Source: an uncultured Chloroflexia bacterium (GTDB taxonomy: Bacteria > Chloroflexota > Limnocylindria > Limnocylindrales > CSP1-4). Taken from it: a stretch of 64,000 nucleotides of DNA. A model generated the notes under the pieces. The model was not told the DNA's origin and searched no databases. It worked only from the letters and a program-made list of their open reading frames with translations. Below are positions 1 to 8,404 of this stretch, in pieces. Location: positions 160,001 to 224,000 of the forward strand of contig CAVYBU010000003.1 in the NCBI GenBank assembly GCA_963766735.1, in the 5' to 3' direction. The position numbers and the translations under genes were made by a program. The stretch's first letter is position 1. Each line of letters starts with the position of its first letter.

Positions 1-696
1 ACTTGGCACGTCGCTCTTGGGGATTGCCTGACCCACCGGCACCCCGTCGATCCGCAGCAGCTCGCGCGATCCGTAGTTGGCCTGGACCAGCGCCCCCACC
101 ACCCAGCCGCCCTCTGCCTCCGGGAGAACGCGAGACGCAGTCCCGATGCCGCCCTTGAAGTCGTGACAGATCATGCCGGTGCCGCCGCCCACGTTGCCTT
201 CGGCCACGGGTCCGCTCGCCGCGATCGCAATGGCGTCGTCCACGTGCGCGGGCTTCACGTGGAACCCGTTCATGTCATTGAGGGCGCCGTCATACGTCTC
301 GCCGACGACGGGCAGGGACCAGAACACGGACTCGTCGGCGCGGTTGCGGGCGGCATGGACGACCAGCGCATCCCTGACGACGCCGACGCTGTGGGTGTTG
401 GTGATGCCGATGACACCGCCCAGGAACCCGGACTCGCGGACCCACTCCAGGCCGGTGAGCTCGCCGTTGCCGTTGAGCCGGTGACAACCCGCGAATACGG
501 GCTCGGTCCAGACGTCGTCCGAGTGGGGGATGACCACCGTCACCCCGGTGCGGACGGGGCCTCGGCCGACGACCAGCGGGCCCTCGCCGTCGATCAGGGT
601 CGTATGGCCGACGAGGACACCCGGGACGTCCGTGATGGCGTCGTGCCTGCCGGGATCGAGCAGCCCGATTCGCAGGCCCAGCTCTCGCGCTCGCAT
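1..696 (-). CDS. P1/S58 family peptidase (DmpA-like L-aminopeptidase/D-esterase), 3' end runs off the window
   Basis: Manual translation from ATG 696 (SD GGAGG upstream): MRARELGLRIGLLDPGRHDAITDVPGVLVGHTTLIDGEGPLVVGRGPVRTGVTVVIPH, the typical DmpA N-terminus; absent from the ORF track because it is truncated. Confidence 0.88.
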   Translation of the reverse strand, partial: MRARELGLRIGLLDPGRHDAITDVPGVLVGHTTLIDGEGPLVVGRGPVRTGVTVVIPHSDDVWTEPVFAGCHRLNGNGELTGLEWVRESGFLGGVIGITNTHSVGVVRDALVVHAARNRADESVFWSLPVVGETYDGALNDMNGFHVKPAHVDDAIAIAASGPVAEGNVGGGTGMICHDFKGGIGTASRVLPEAEGGWVVGALVQANYGSRELLRIDGVPVGQAIPKSDVPS

Positions 697-754
697 GTGT
701 GCCTCCAGGACCGGGACGCTGCCGCCGTTCGCGCGGCCCCTCTATGATCGCCCC

Positions 755-2275
755 GTGCCTTCGATCCCGAAAGCCCGTCCTGCAGCCCACGGTTCCGTCG
801 CGCCCGTCGGGCACGTCGTGCCGCCCCGGCTGCTGCGCCTGGCGGCGCTCGATGGCGTCGCGCCGATGGACGTGGCGGAGGCGTTCCGGGACCTGCCCGG
901 CCTGGCCCTCCTCGAGAGCGCGCGGCCGGGCCGCACGGGCCGCTGGACCTACCTGACCGCCGATCCGGTGGCGGTGCTGGATGCGCCTGCGGAGGGGCCC
1001 GACCCGTTCGCGGAGGCGCGATCGCTGCTCGAGCGCCTGGAGGGTGGCCATCCGGCGTCCGGCACCACCGCATCCGCGGGCAGCACCGCGTCCGTGGGCG
1101 CCGATGGCTCCAGCGGCCCGGTGCCTCCGTTCGCCGGTGGCCTCGTCGGCTACCTCGCCTATGACCTGGGCCGCCGGTTCGAGCGCCTGCCGAGCCTGGC
1201 GCGAGTGGATCAGCACCTGCCCCTGCTGCGCCTCGCACTGCACGACTGGGCGATCGCGTGGGACCGCCGCTCGGGCATCGCCTGGCTGGCGGTTCGCGCT
1301 CTGGACCGGGACACAGGGCGGCAGGGACGCCGGATCCGGGACGTCCTGGCCCGCCTCGATGCCCTGGAGCGGGGGGAGATCACCGGCCGCGAGGATGCTG
1401 CCCCGGTTCCGGCCCCCACGTCGTTCGTCTCCGGCACTCCACATGCCGCCTGGCTGGCCGGCGTAGAGGCCGTTCGCGAGGCCATCGGCCGTGGCGACAT
1501 CTACCAGGCCAACCTGACCCGCCGCCTCGAGGCCCCGTTCGACGGCGACCCATGGCCGGTCTTCCGCCGCCTCCGCACCGGCGACCCCGCGCTCTTCGCC
1601 GGGTACCTGGACCTCGGCCCCTCGCCGGCGTCCGGCGCCCGGCGCGCCATCCTGTCCGCCTCGCCGGAGCCGTTCCTGGCAGTGGACGCCAGCGGGAACG
1701 TGGCCACGAACCCGATCAAGGGCACCCGTCCCCGAGGACGCAGCCGCGATGAGGACCGCTCCCTCGCCCGCGAGCTCATGGCCAGTGGCAAGGACCAGGC
1801 CGAGAACGTGATGATCGTCGACGTGTTGCGGAACGACCTCGGCCGCGTGTGTGTGCCCGGCTCCGTCTGCGTCCCGCGCCTGCTCCGACTGGAGCGGACT
1901 GCCGCGGTACAGCACCTGGTCACCACCGTGACCGGCCGGCTGCAGCCCGGCGTGGACGCCTTCGATCTCCTGGCTGCCTCCTTTCCCGGCGGCAGCATCA
2001 CCGGCGCCCCCAAGATCCGGGCCATGGAGATCATCGAGGGACTGGAGCCCGTCCGCCGCGGCCCGTACTGCGGGACGATGCTGTGGCTGGGCCCGGACGG
2101 GCGCCTCGGATCGTCCATCCTGATCCGCACCTTCGTCGCGGACGGCGAGCGCCTGACGCTCCACGTCGGCGGCGGCATCACCTGGCGCAGCGACCCGCAG
2201 GAGGAGTGGGACGAGACGATCGCGAAGGCACGCGGTCCGCTCTCGTCCATCGGCGCAGTGGAGGTTCCCTCGTGA
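755..2275 (+). CDS. pabB: Aminodeoxychorismate synthase component I (chorismate-binding enzyme)
   Basis: GDIYQANL, SPEPFL, PIKGTRPR, KDQAENVMIVDVLRNDLGRVC and FPGGSITGAPKIRAM motifs; followed by a class IV aminotransferase; start inferred at GTG 755, 6 nt after TATGAT. Confidence 0.88.
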   Translation: MPSIPKARPAAHGSVAPVGHVVPPRLLRLAALDGVAPMDVAEAFRDLPGLALLESARPGRTGRWTYLTADPVAVLDAPAEGPDPFAEARSLLERLEGGHPASGTTASAGSTASVGADGSSGPVPPFAGGLVGYLAYDLGRRFERLPSLARVDQHLPLLRLALHDWAIAWDRRSGIAWLAVRALDRDTGRQGRRIRDVLARLDALERGEITGREDAAPVPAPTSFVSGTPHAAWLAGVEAVREAIGRGDIYQANLTRRLEAPFDGDPWPVFRRLRTGDPALFAGYLDLGPSPASGARRAILSASPEPFLAVDASGNVATNPIKGTRPRGRSRDEDRSLARELMASGKDQAENVMIVDVLRNDLGRVCVPGSVCVPRLLRLERTAAVQHLVTTVTGRLQPGVDAFDLLAASFPGGSITGAPKIRAMEIIEGLEPVRRGPYCGTMLWLGPDGRLGSSILIRTFVADGERLTLHVGGGITWRSDPQEEWDETIAKARGPLSSIGAVEVPS

Positions 2276-3180
2276 GCGGTCCCCGGCCCCGGTTCGTCTG
2301 GGTCGATGGCGACATCCGGCCGGCCGACGGGTTGCACCTGTCTGTTGCCGATCGCGGTTTCCAGCTGGGCGACGGCATCTTCGAGACGCTGCGCGCGAAG
2401 GGCGGCCGCTGCACGGAGCTGCCGGAGCACCTGGCGCGGCTCCGGCGCTCCGCGGACGGGCTGGCGATCGATCTCGAGCCGGGTGTCGAGACGCGGCTGG
2501 CGGCCGGGATCACGGAGTTGCTGGCGGCCGAGGGACTGGACGGGCTGGACGGCGATGCCTCCGTGCGCATCACCGTGTCCCGCGGGACCTGGGCGTCGCG
2601 GGGGTTGCTCCCCCCGGTCGGCGAGCTGCTGGTGCCCACGCTGGTGATCCAGGCCTGGCCCGTGGCGCCGGTCCCCGCCGGGCACCTGGAGGACGGGCTC
2701 GCGCTGGCGGTCTGCTCGATCCGGCGGGACCCGGCCAATCCGATCGTGTCGCTCAAGACCACGTCCCGCGCGGACTATGTCTACGCGCGGATCGAGGCAC
2801 GGCAGGCGGGCGCGGAGGACGCGCTGTTCCTCACCACGTCCGGTCACCTGTCCGAGGCGACGACCGCGAACATCTTCCTGGTCCGGGATGCACCGGACGG
2901 CGTGACCGAGCTCGCGACGCCGGCCCTGGAGTGCGCGATCCTGCCCGGCACCACGCGATCCTGGCTGCTCCGGTGGGCCGCTTCCGTCGGCCTTCGCCCG
3001 GTGGAAGGCTGGTTGACCCCGGACGAGCTGACCGCCGCTCGCGAGGCGTTCATGTGCTCGTCGGTGGCGGGCATCCTCCCGGTGACCCGATTCAACGGGC
3101 ACCCGATCGGGGACGGGCGGCCCGGGCCCTGGACCCGCCGGGCCCGTGCGGACCGCGAGGCGTTCATCGGCGAGGGGTGA
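2272..3180 (+). CDS. Aminotransferase class IV (probable 4-amino-4-deoxychorismate lyase, PabC-like)
   Basis: DRGFQLGDGIFETLR, LKT, SEATTANIF and ILPGTTR motifs; GTGA overlap with pabB. Confidence 0.85.
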   Translation: MSGPRPRFVWVDGDIRPADGLHLSVADRGFQLGDGIFETLRAKGGRCTELPEHLARLRRSADGLAIDLEPGVETRLAAGITELLAAEGLDGLDGDASVRITVSRGTWASRGLLPPVGELLVPTLVIQAWPVAPVPAGHLEDGLALAVCSIRRDPANPIVSLKTTSRADYVYARIEARQAGAEDALFLTTSGHLSEATTANIFLVRDAPDGVTELATPALECAILPGTTRSWLLRWAASVGLRPVEGWLTPDELTAAREAFMCSSVAGILPVTRFNGHPIGDGRPGPWTRRARADREAFIGEG

Positions 3181-3230
3181 AGGGCCACGTCTGCGATACC
3201 GACCCGCGACGCGCGCCATAGACTCAACCC

Positions 3231-3770
3231 GTGCAGCGTGACGAGCTCATCCTCCGCACCCGCCAGCTCATCGCCGAGGGTGAGCGCCTGGACGCCGATC
3301 CGACGCTGACCGCGCTCCAGACATGGCTCCAGCTGTCCGACGACCTGCTGGCGACCGCCTGGGGGACGATGGACCGCTACCACCTGGCCTGGCTGATGGT
3401 CGGCAAGCCGAAGGGGATCGTGCGCGGGCGGGAGATGACCCCGGACGAAGAGGCGGCGTACGTCCGAGGCGTCGCGGCCCAGAAGACCGCCGCCCTGCGG
3501 ATGAGCCTGGACGCGGCAGAGCGCCAGGCGATGCCGTTCCGCGGTGAGACTGGCGGCGTGGGCACCGGCCAGGGCATGGGCGAGGTTCCCGCGGCGGCCG
3601 CCGGCACCCCATCGCCACCCGGGCGCACGATCCCTCTCGACCCGGAGCTGCAGCAGCGCCTGGACGAGGTGCGCCGCGCGGCCGCGGACCACGAGGGTCA
3701 CGCCGCGGACAGCGAACCCTCAACACCCGCCCAGCGCCGCGCTCCCCGACCGGAGAAGCTCCAGCGCTGA
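3231..3770 (+). CDS. Hypothetical protein
   Basis: 179-aa ORF with genic codon pattern; TAGACT 6 nt before the GTG. Confidence 0.65.
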   Translation: MQRDELILRTRQLIAEGERLDADPTLTALQTWLQLSDDLLATAWGTMDRYHLAWLMVGKPKGIVRGREMTPDEEAAYVRGVAAQKTAALRMSLDAAERQAMPFRGETGGVGTGQGMGEVPAAAAGTPSPPGRTIPLDPELQQRLDEVRRAAADHEGHAADSEPSTPAQRRAPRPEKLQR

Positions 3771-3782
3771 GCGGCACCCGCT

Positions 3783-4271
3783 TCAGCGCGCGCGCAGCCC
3801 CGCCAGCAACGCCGCCGCCCCGATGTCCAGGAGGGCAGCCGGGCCGTACCGCTGGATGGTGTAGTCCAGGGGTCCGAGGACTCCGCCCTGGGCGATCGAC
3901 CAGGCCCAGTCCAGCAGGATCGCCGTGAGGATCGCTCCGGCCGCAAGGCCGGCCGCCACCGCGATCCGTCGGGCGCCCGGTTTCAGGCCGGCGCCACCGC
4001 CCAGGTCCACCAGCGCGACGGCGGTCATCCAGCCGGTGAACGCGGCAAGCGCGAGCAGCCCCGGACCGAGGTCCAGCTGGCTCAGGACGAAGAAGGCGAG
4101 GCCCCCTGTCCCCGCCACGATGATCGCGACGACAAGGCGCCTGACCGAGACTCTCGGGGTTGACGCCGCGGCTCCCGGGGGCGCCACGACGAAGCGGTCG
4201 CCCGGCGGCCGGTCCAGGCGCCGCCGCTCGCCGCCGGACGGATCGGGGTTGGGGCGATTCGCGCTGCTCAT
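3783..4271 (-). CDS. Hypothetical membrane protein (about 4 TM helices)
   Basis: Hydrophobic segments; ATG 4271 lies 7 nt after TAGCAT. Confidence 0.65.
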   Translation of the reverse strand: MSSANRPNPDPSGGERRRLDRPPGDRFVVAPPGAAASTPRVSVRRLVVAIIVAGTGGLAFFVLSQLDLGPGLLALAAFTGWMTAVALVDLGGGAGLKPGARRIAVAAGLAAGAILTAILLDWAWSIAQGGVLGPLDYTIQRYGPAALLDIGAAALLAGLRAR

Positions 4272-4319
4272 GCCCCAGATGCTACGCGCACCGGCCCCGG
4301 GAGCGGTATCCTCCAGATC

Positions 4320-4802
4320 GTGAGTCACCCCACGCTTGGCCTTCCGCCCCGCAGCCTCGAAGCCGGGTATCCGGACGCCGCCGCGCGCCTCCGGTCACAG
4401 CGCGCCCGCCTGGCGGCGCGCGCCCTCGAGGTCGCCGTTGCCGAGGACGCAACGATCGGGACCCGCTACGACGAAGTCGGCCTCCGCAACCTGCTCGGTG
4501 ACGCCGAGGTCCTGGTGGACCGTCTTGCGCTGTGCGTGGCCGGGAACGACGCCCACTGGCTGAAGGAGTTCGCGGACCAGACGGCCACGGTCCTCCGCCG
4601 CCGCGGCGTCCCGATGGACGACATCATCCGGATCTGCGAGGGCCTGCGCGCGGGTGCCGGGGGCGTCCTTGCCGAGGACGAGCTGGCCGTCGCAGAGAGC
4701 GCTCTCGATGAGGCCATCGGCGTGTATCGCAGGTACCGGGGTCTGTCCGGCGACGCGCGCAAGCGCAACCGGATCCTCGACGTGCTGTACCGCGGCGTCT
4801 AG
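4320..4802 (+). CDS. Hypothetical all-alpha protein with phycobiliprotein/globin-like sequence pattern
   Basis: LLGDAEVLVDRLALCVAGNDAHWL...VLRRRGVPMDDIIRICEGLR resembles the allophycocyanin helices; visual alignment only. Confidence 0.6.
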   Translation: MSHPTLGLPPRSLEAGYPDAAARLRSQRARLAARALEVAVAEDATIGTRYDEVGLRNLLGDAEVLVDRLALCVAGNDAHWLKEFADQTATVLRRRGVPMDDIIRICEGLRAGAGGVLAEDELAVAESALDEAIGVYRRYRGLSGDARKRNRILDVLYRGV

Positions 4803-4810
4803 GAGCACCG

Positions 4811-5137
4811 ATGACGATCAAGTGGGTCCAGAGCGACCCGCTCGTGATGAACGGCGAGCCGTTCTGCTACGGCAGCCGTCTCACCGTCCGCCAGGTGCTG
4901 GAGCTCCGCCGGAACGGGTACACCGTCACGGACCTGCTCAAGGATCACCCTGAGCTGCGCCTCATGGGCATCGCCACGGCGTACGCCTACGCCGCACAGA
5001 ACCGAGACCGGTATGGCGACTTCTTCGAGGCGGACGGCTCCCTGGCCGGACCCGGCTGCACGGACGCCGAAGCCGCCGTGCTGCCCCCGAGCCTCCGCAT
5101 CGCGGGCGTCGTCGTGAAGGTCGCCACCCCGGCCTGA
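4811..5137 (+). CDS. DUF433 domain protein
   Basis: DPLVMNGEPFCYGSRLTVRQVL...LLKDHPEL...AYAYA pattern; SD AGGAG. Confidence 0.8.
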   Translation: MTIKWVQSDPLVMNGEPFCYGSRLTVRQVLELRRNGYTVTDLLKDHPELRLMGIATAYAYAAQNRDRYGDFFEADGSLAGPGCTDAEAAVLPPSLRIAGVVVKVATPA

Positions 5138-5169
5138 CCGCCGCGCGGCCCGCCGTCAAGGACTCGACG

Positions 5170-5589
5170 TCAGGCGCCGGCCGTCCCGAAGCGAGTCTCG
5201 ATCGTTTCCACGACCCTCACCAGCTTCTCGCGCGCCTCGGCGGCCACAGCGGTCATCTCGGCCGACTCGATCAGGCCCAGCGCCGCCCGTGGGTCCATCG
5301 CCTCGACGACGGTCTGGTCGCCGTCGGTCCGCACGACCACGTTGCACGGGAGGAGCGCCCCGACGGACGGATCGGCCGTGAGGGCGCGGTGGGCGAGCGG
5401 CGGGTTGCAGGCTCCGAGGATCACGTACGGGTCCTGCTCCAGGCCCAGCTTGGCGCGCATCGTTGCAGCGACGTCGATCTCCGTCAGGACGCCGAAGCCC
5501 TCGCCCTTGAGGGCGCGCTCCACGTCCGCCCGGACATCGTCGAAGGGCGCGGCGACGCGTGTGCCGAAGGTGTAGCGACTGATGAGCAT
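5170..5589 (-). CDS. DUF302 domain protein
   Basis: EGFGVLTEIDVAATM, YVILGACNPPLAHRAL and LLPCNVVV motifs; SD GGAGG before ATG 5589. Confidence 0.88.
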   Translation of the reverse strand: MLISRYTFGTRVAAPFDDVRADVERALKGEGFGVLTEIDVAATMRAKLGLEQDPYVILGACNPPLAHRALTADPSVGALLPCNVVVRTDGDQTVVEAMDPRAALGLIESAEMTAVAAEAREKLVRVVETIETRFGTAGA

Positions 5590-5726
5590 GTGGGCCTCCA
5601 GGGGGTGGGGCGTCATGGTGCCACTACTTGCGTCTTTGCGCAACTGCGATACCATTAGGCCTCGGCCTCAGCCTTCCCGCGCCGCCCGCGGGCCATTCCC
5701 CAGCGCGATGGTAGGATTTCGCGACC

Positions 5727-6113
5727 ATGAACGAGATCACGCCCGCCATCCCCGGCACGACCGACTCCCCCACCGGTGCCGCCGAAGCCTCAACCGGCTC
5801 CGGCGACGGCGCCGACACCTCCGCCTTCGATGCCCAGCGCCGCGCCACGGAGCTGGCCATCCTGGACGCGCTGCGGGCCGTGGTGGATCCCGAGATCGGT
5901 ATGAACGTGGTCGAGCTGGCATTGATCCGGCAGGTCATCCTCGGCCCCGACTCCACCGAGGTCAAGATGATCCTGACCACGCCGTTCTGCCCCTACGCCG
6001 GCGCCATGATCCAGCAGGTCAAGGAGCAGGCCGAGACCGTGGTGGATCACGACGTGAAGGTCACCCTCCTCGCCGAGCGGTGGGACCCGCGCGATGCGGG
6101 CCTGATGTGGTGA
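5727..6113 (+). CDS. Metal-sulfur cluster assembly factor (DUF59/SufT/PaaD-like)
   Basis: VVDPEIGMNVVELALI...MILTTPFCP motif. Confidence 0.88.
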   Translation: MNEITPAIPGTTDSPTGAAEASTGSGDGADTSAFDAQRRATELAILDALRAVVDPEIGMNVVELALIRQVILGPDSTEVKMILTTPFCPYAGAMIQQVKEQAETVVDHDVKVTLLAERWDPRDAGLMW

Positions 6114-6141
6114 GCGGGATCCCGGGGCAGGCGCCCGTTCG

Positions 6142-6810
6142 ATGAGCCGTCTTCCGTTCGAGAGTGCCGTGGCCACGGGTCGTGGCGACGACGGCACCAC
6201 CGGCCTCCTGTTCGGCGGGGACCGCGTTCGCAAGGACGACCTGCGCACCGAGGCGTTCGGTACCGTGGACGAGGCTGTCGCCGCCCTGGGCCTGGCCCGT
6301 GCCGAGCTCGGCGAGATGGACCCTGCGAGCACCCCCACGCCCGCGTTCGCCGGCCTCGCAGGCCTCGTGCTGCGGATCCAGAGGGAGCTGTTCGTCGTCG
6401 GTGCGGAGCTGGCCACGGCCCCCGGAGCGAAGGACCGCCAGCGGGACGGCGAGACCCGCGTATCGCAGGCGATGGTGGACGGCGTTGACACCACCCTCCG
6501 CGAGATGGAGGCGGCAATCGAGCTGCCGCGCGTGTTCGTGGTGCCGGGCGAGACCCGCGTGAGCGCCGCCCTCGAGCTGGCCCGCACGCTCCTCCGGCGT
6601 GCCGAGCGTCGCAGCGTGACCCTGGCCCTCCACGACGAGACGCTGGCCGCGGGCCGGCTTCTCCCGTATCTCAACCGCCTGGCAGACCTGCTCTGGATCC
6701 TCGCTCGTGTCGCGGAACAGGGCGAGGCCAGGGAGGCGACCGTCGCCCGTCCGGAGCGCGGCGCCACCGCCGGTTCCCGACCGAATTCGACTGAAAGGAG
6801 CGCACTGTGA
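6142..6810 (+). CDS. ATP:cob(I)alamin adenosyltransferase, PduO type
   Basis: TGRGDDGTT, RVRKDDLRTEAFGTVDE, ARTLLRRAER and YLNRLADLLW motifs. Confidence 0.9.
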   Translation: MSRLPFESAVATGRGDDGTTGLLFGGDRVRKDDLRTEAFGTVDEAVAALGLARAELGEMDPASTPTPAFAGLAGLVLRIQRELFVVGAELATAPGAKDRQRDGETRVSQAMVDGVDTTLREMEAAIELPRVFVVPGETRVSAALELARTLLRRAERRSVTLALHDETLAAGRLLPYLNRLADLLWILARVAEQGEAREATVARPERGATAGSRPNSTERSAL

Positions 6811-7515
6811 ACAACCCGTCCATCCCCGGTTCCCTGTCCCCGAGCCAGCTGGGCGTCCGCCCGGCGCCAGCCCTGGTCCAGCAGCTGCTGATCGGCGCGT
6901 TCGGGTGGATGTTCGCCGGCCTCCTTCTGACCGCTGGCGTGGCGTACCTCGTCACGACAAATGCGAGCCTCATGGAGACGGTCGGGTCGTACTGGTTCCT
7001 GCTCCTGATCGGCCAGTTCATCCTGGCGATGGCGATCCAGGGGACCATCAACAGGATCTCCCCGACGGCAAGCCTCGCCCTGTTCTTCGTCTACGCCGCC
7101 TCGATGGGTCTCACCATCGGCGTCATCGTCAGCTACTACACCGACCGCCTCGGTCGTGTCGGCGTTCATCTCCGCCGCCGGGATGTTCGGCGCCGCGGCC
7201 CTGTACGGTGCCGTGACGAAGCGGAACCTCTCGTCCATCGGCGGGATCGCGTTCATCGGCATCATCGGGGTCCTGATCGCCTCGGTCGTGAACATCTTCC
7301 TGGCCTCGTCGGCGATCGGCTGGGTCATCTCGCTCATCGGCGTGGCGCTGTTCACGGCCCTCACCGCGTGGGACGTCCAGAAGATCACCCGCGGCGACTA
7401 CGCGGCGTTCGCGGGATCCCAGGAGCGCGCCTCGATCATCGCGGCGCTGCACCTGTACCTGGACTTCATCAACATCTTCCTGTTCCTGCTCCGCCTCCTC
7501 GGCAACAGGGGCTGA
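6807..7515 (+). CDS. Bax inhibitor-1/YccA family membrane protein (frameshift near 7145)
   Basis: Two overlapping ORFs join into one 7-TM protein ending TAWDVQKI...ALHLYLDFINIFLFLLRLLG. Confidence 0.85.
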
Positions 7516-7675
7516 CACCCGCGGCCGGCTCGGCACACGACGGGCCGGAGGTACCCCGTCCGGGCGTGACCCCGCCACCTCCGCGGCGGCCATCCGGCCC
7601 TGACGGGCGTCAGCCCCGTCCCGGAGCATGGCGGTGGACGGGCAGCTCCGACCCGCCGCCAGGGAGGCCGACGCA

Positions 7676-8179
7676 ATGAAGGTGCTCGTGACCGCAGCTT
7701 CGCGGCACGGCGCCACCACGGAGGTGGCTGCGTCCATCGGTTCCGTCCTGGAGGCCGCCGGACTCGAGGTGCACGTCCTGCGGCCCGCCGATGTCTCGGG
7801 GATGGATGGCTTCGACGCCGCCGTCATCGGCAGCGCGGTCTATGTCGGCCGGTGGCTGGAGCCCGCGCGGGACCTGGTGGAGCGGGAGAAGACGGCCCTG
7901 TGCCGGATCCCGGTCTGGCTGTTCTCCAGCGGGCCGATCGGGGACCCGCCCAAGCCCGCGGATGAGCCAGTCGACGCCGCGCCCCTCGCGGAGCTGGTGG
8001 CGGCCCGCGGGCATCGGACCTTCGCCGGGCAGGTGGATCGCAAGCGCCTCGGCTTCGGGGAGAAGGCGATCATGGCGGCGGTTCGGGCGCCGGAGGGAGA
8101 CTTCCGGTCGTGGCCCGAGATCGAGGCCTGGGCACGCGAGATCGCCGCGGCGCTCCTGGGGGTCGGGGCGGCTGTCTGA
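7676..8179 (+). CDS. Flavodoxin-domain protein (HemG-like)
   Basis: MKVLVTAASRHGATTEVA, IGSAVYVGRW, WLFSSGP and GDFRSW motifs; SD GGAGG. Confidence 0.85.
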   Translation: MKVLVTAASRHGATTEVAASIGSVLEAAGLEVHVLRPADVSGMDGFDAAVIGSAVYVGRWLEPARDLVEREKTALCRIPVWLFSSGPIGDPPKPADEPVDAAPLAELVAARGHRTFAGQVDRKRLGFGEKAIMAAVRAPEGDFRSWPEIEAWAREIAAALLGVGAAV

Positions 8180-8210
8180 GACAGGCGCAGACGCGACCGC
8201 GTCCGCGGCC

Positions 8211-8250
8211 GGAGGAGCGCGGAGGAGCGCGGAGGAGCGCGGAGAAGCGC
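8211..8250. repeat. 10-bp tandem repeat (GGAGGAGCGC x3 plus GGAGAAGCGC)
   Basis: Read directly in the intergenic region upstream of the dehydrogenase gene. Confidence 0.9.
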
Positions 8251-8404
8251 GGACGCGCCGACCCGTCGACGCTCAACCTGTGGCCGGGTGGCCCGCCGAG
8301 ACGGGCCCAACGGCCGTTCGGCGGACGGCGGGTGGTGCGCAAGATGGACCCGCGTCCAACCTGTCGCCGCGCCTAGACGGCGATCGATCGAGGGTCCAGC
8401 AACC

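Noticed and set aside
755-3180. Absence of pabA next to pabB-pabC
   Set aside because: The glutaminase subunit is often shared with trpG or encoded elsewhere; unremarkable
6142-6810. PduO as part of the microcompartment system
   Set aside because: 44 kb from the BMC operon, which encodes no B12-dependent enzyme
8211-8250. Short tandem repeat as a CRISPR array
   Set aside because: 10-bp units without spacers and no cas genes
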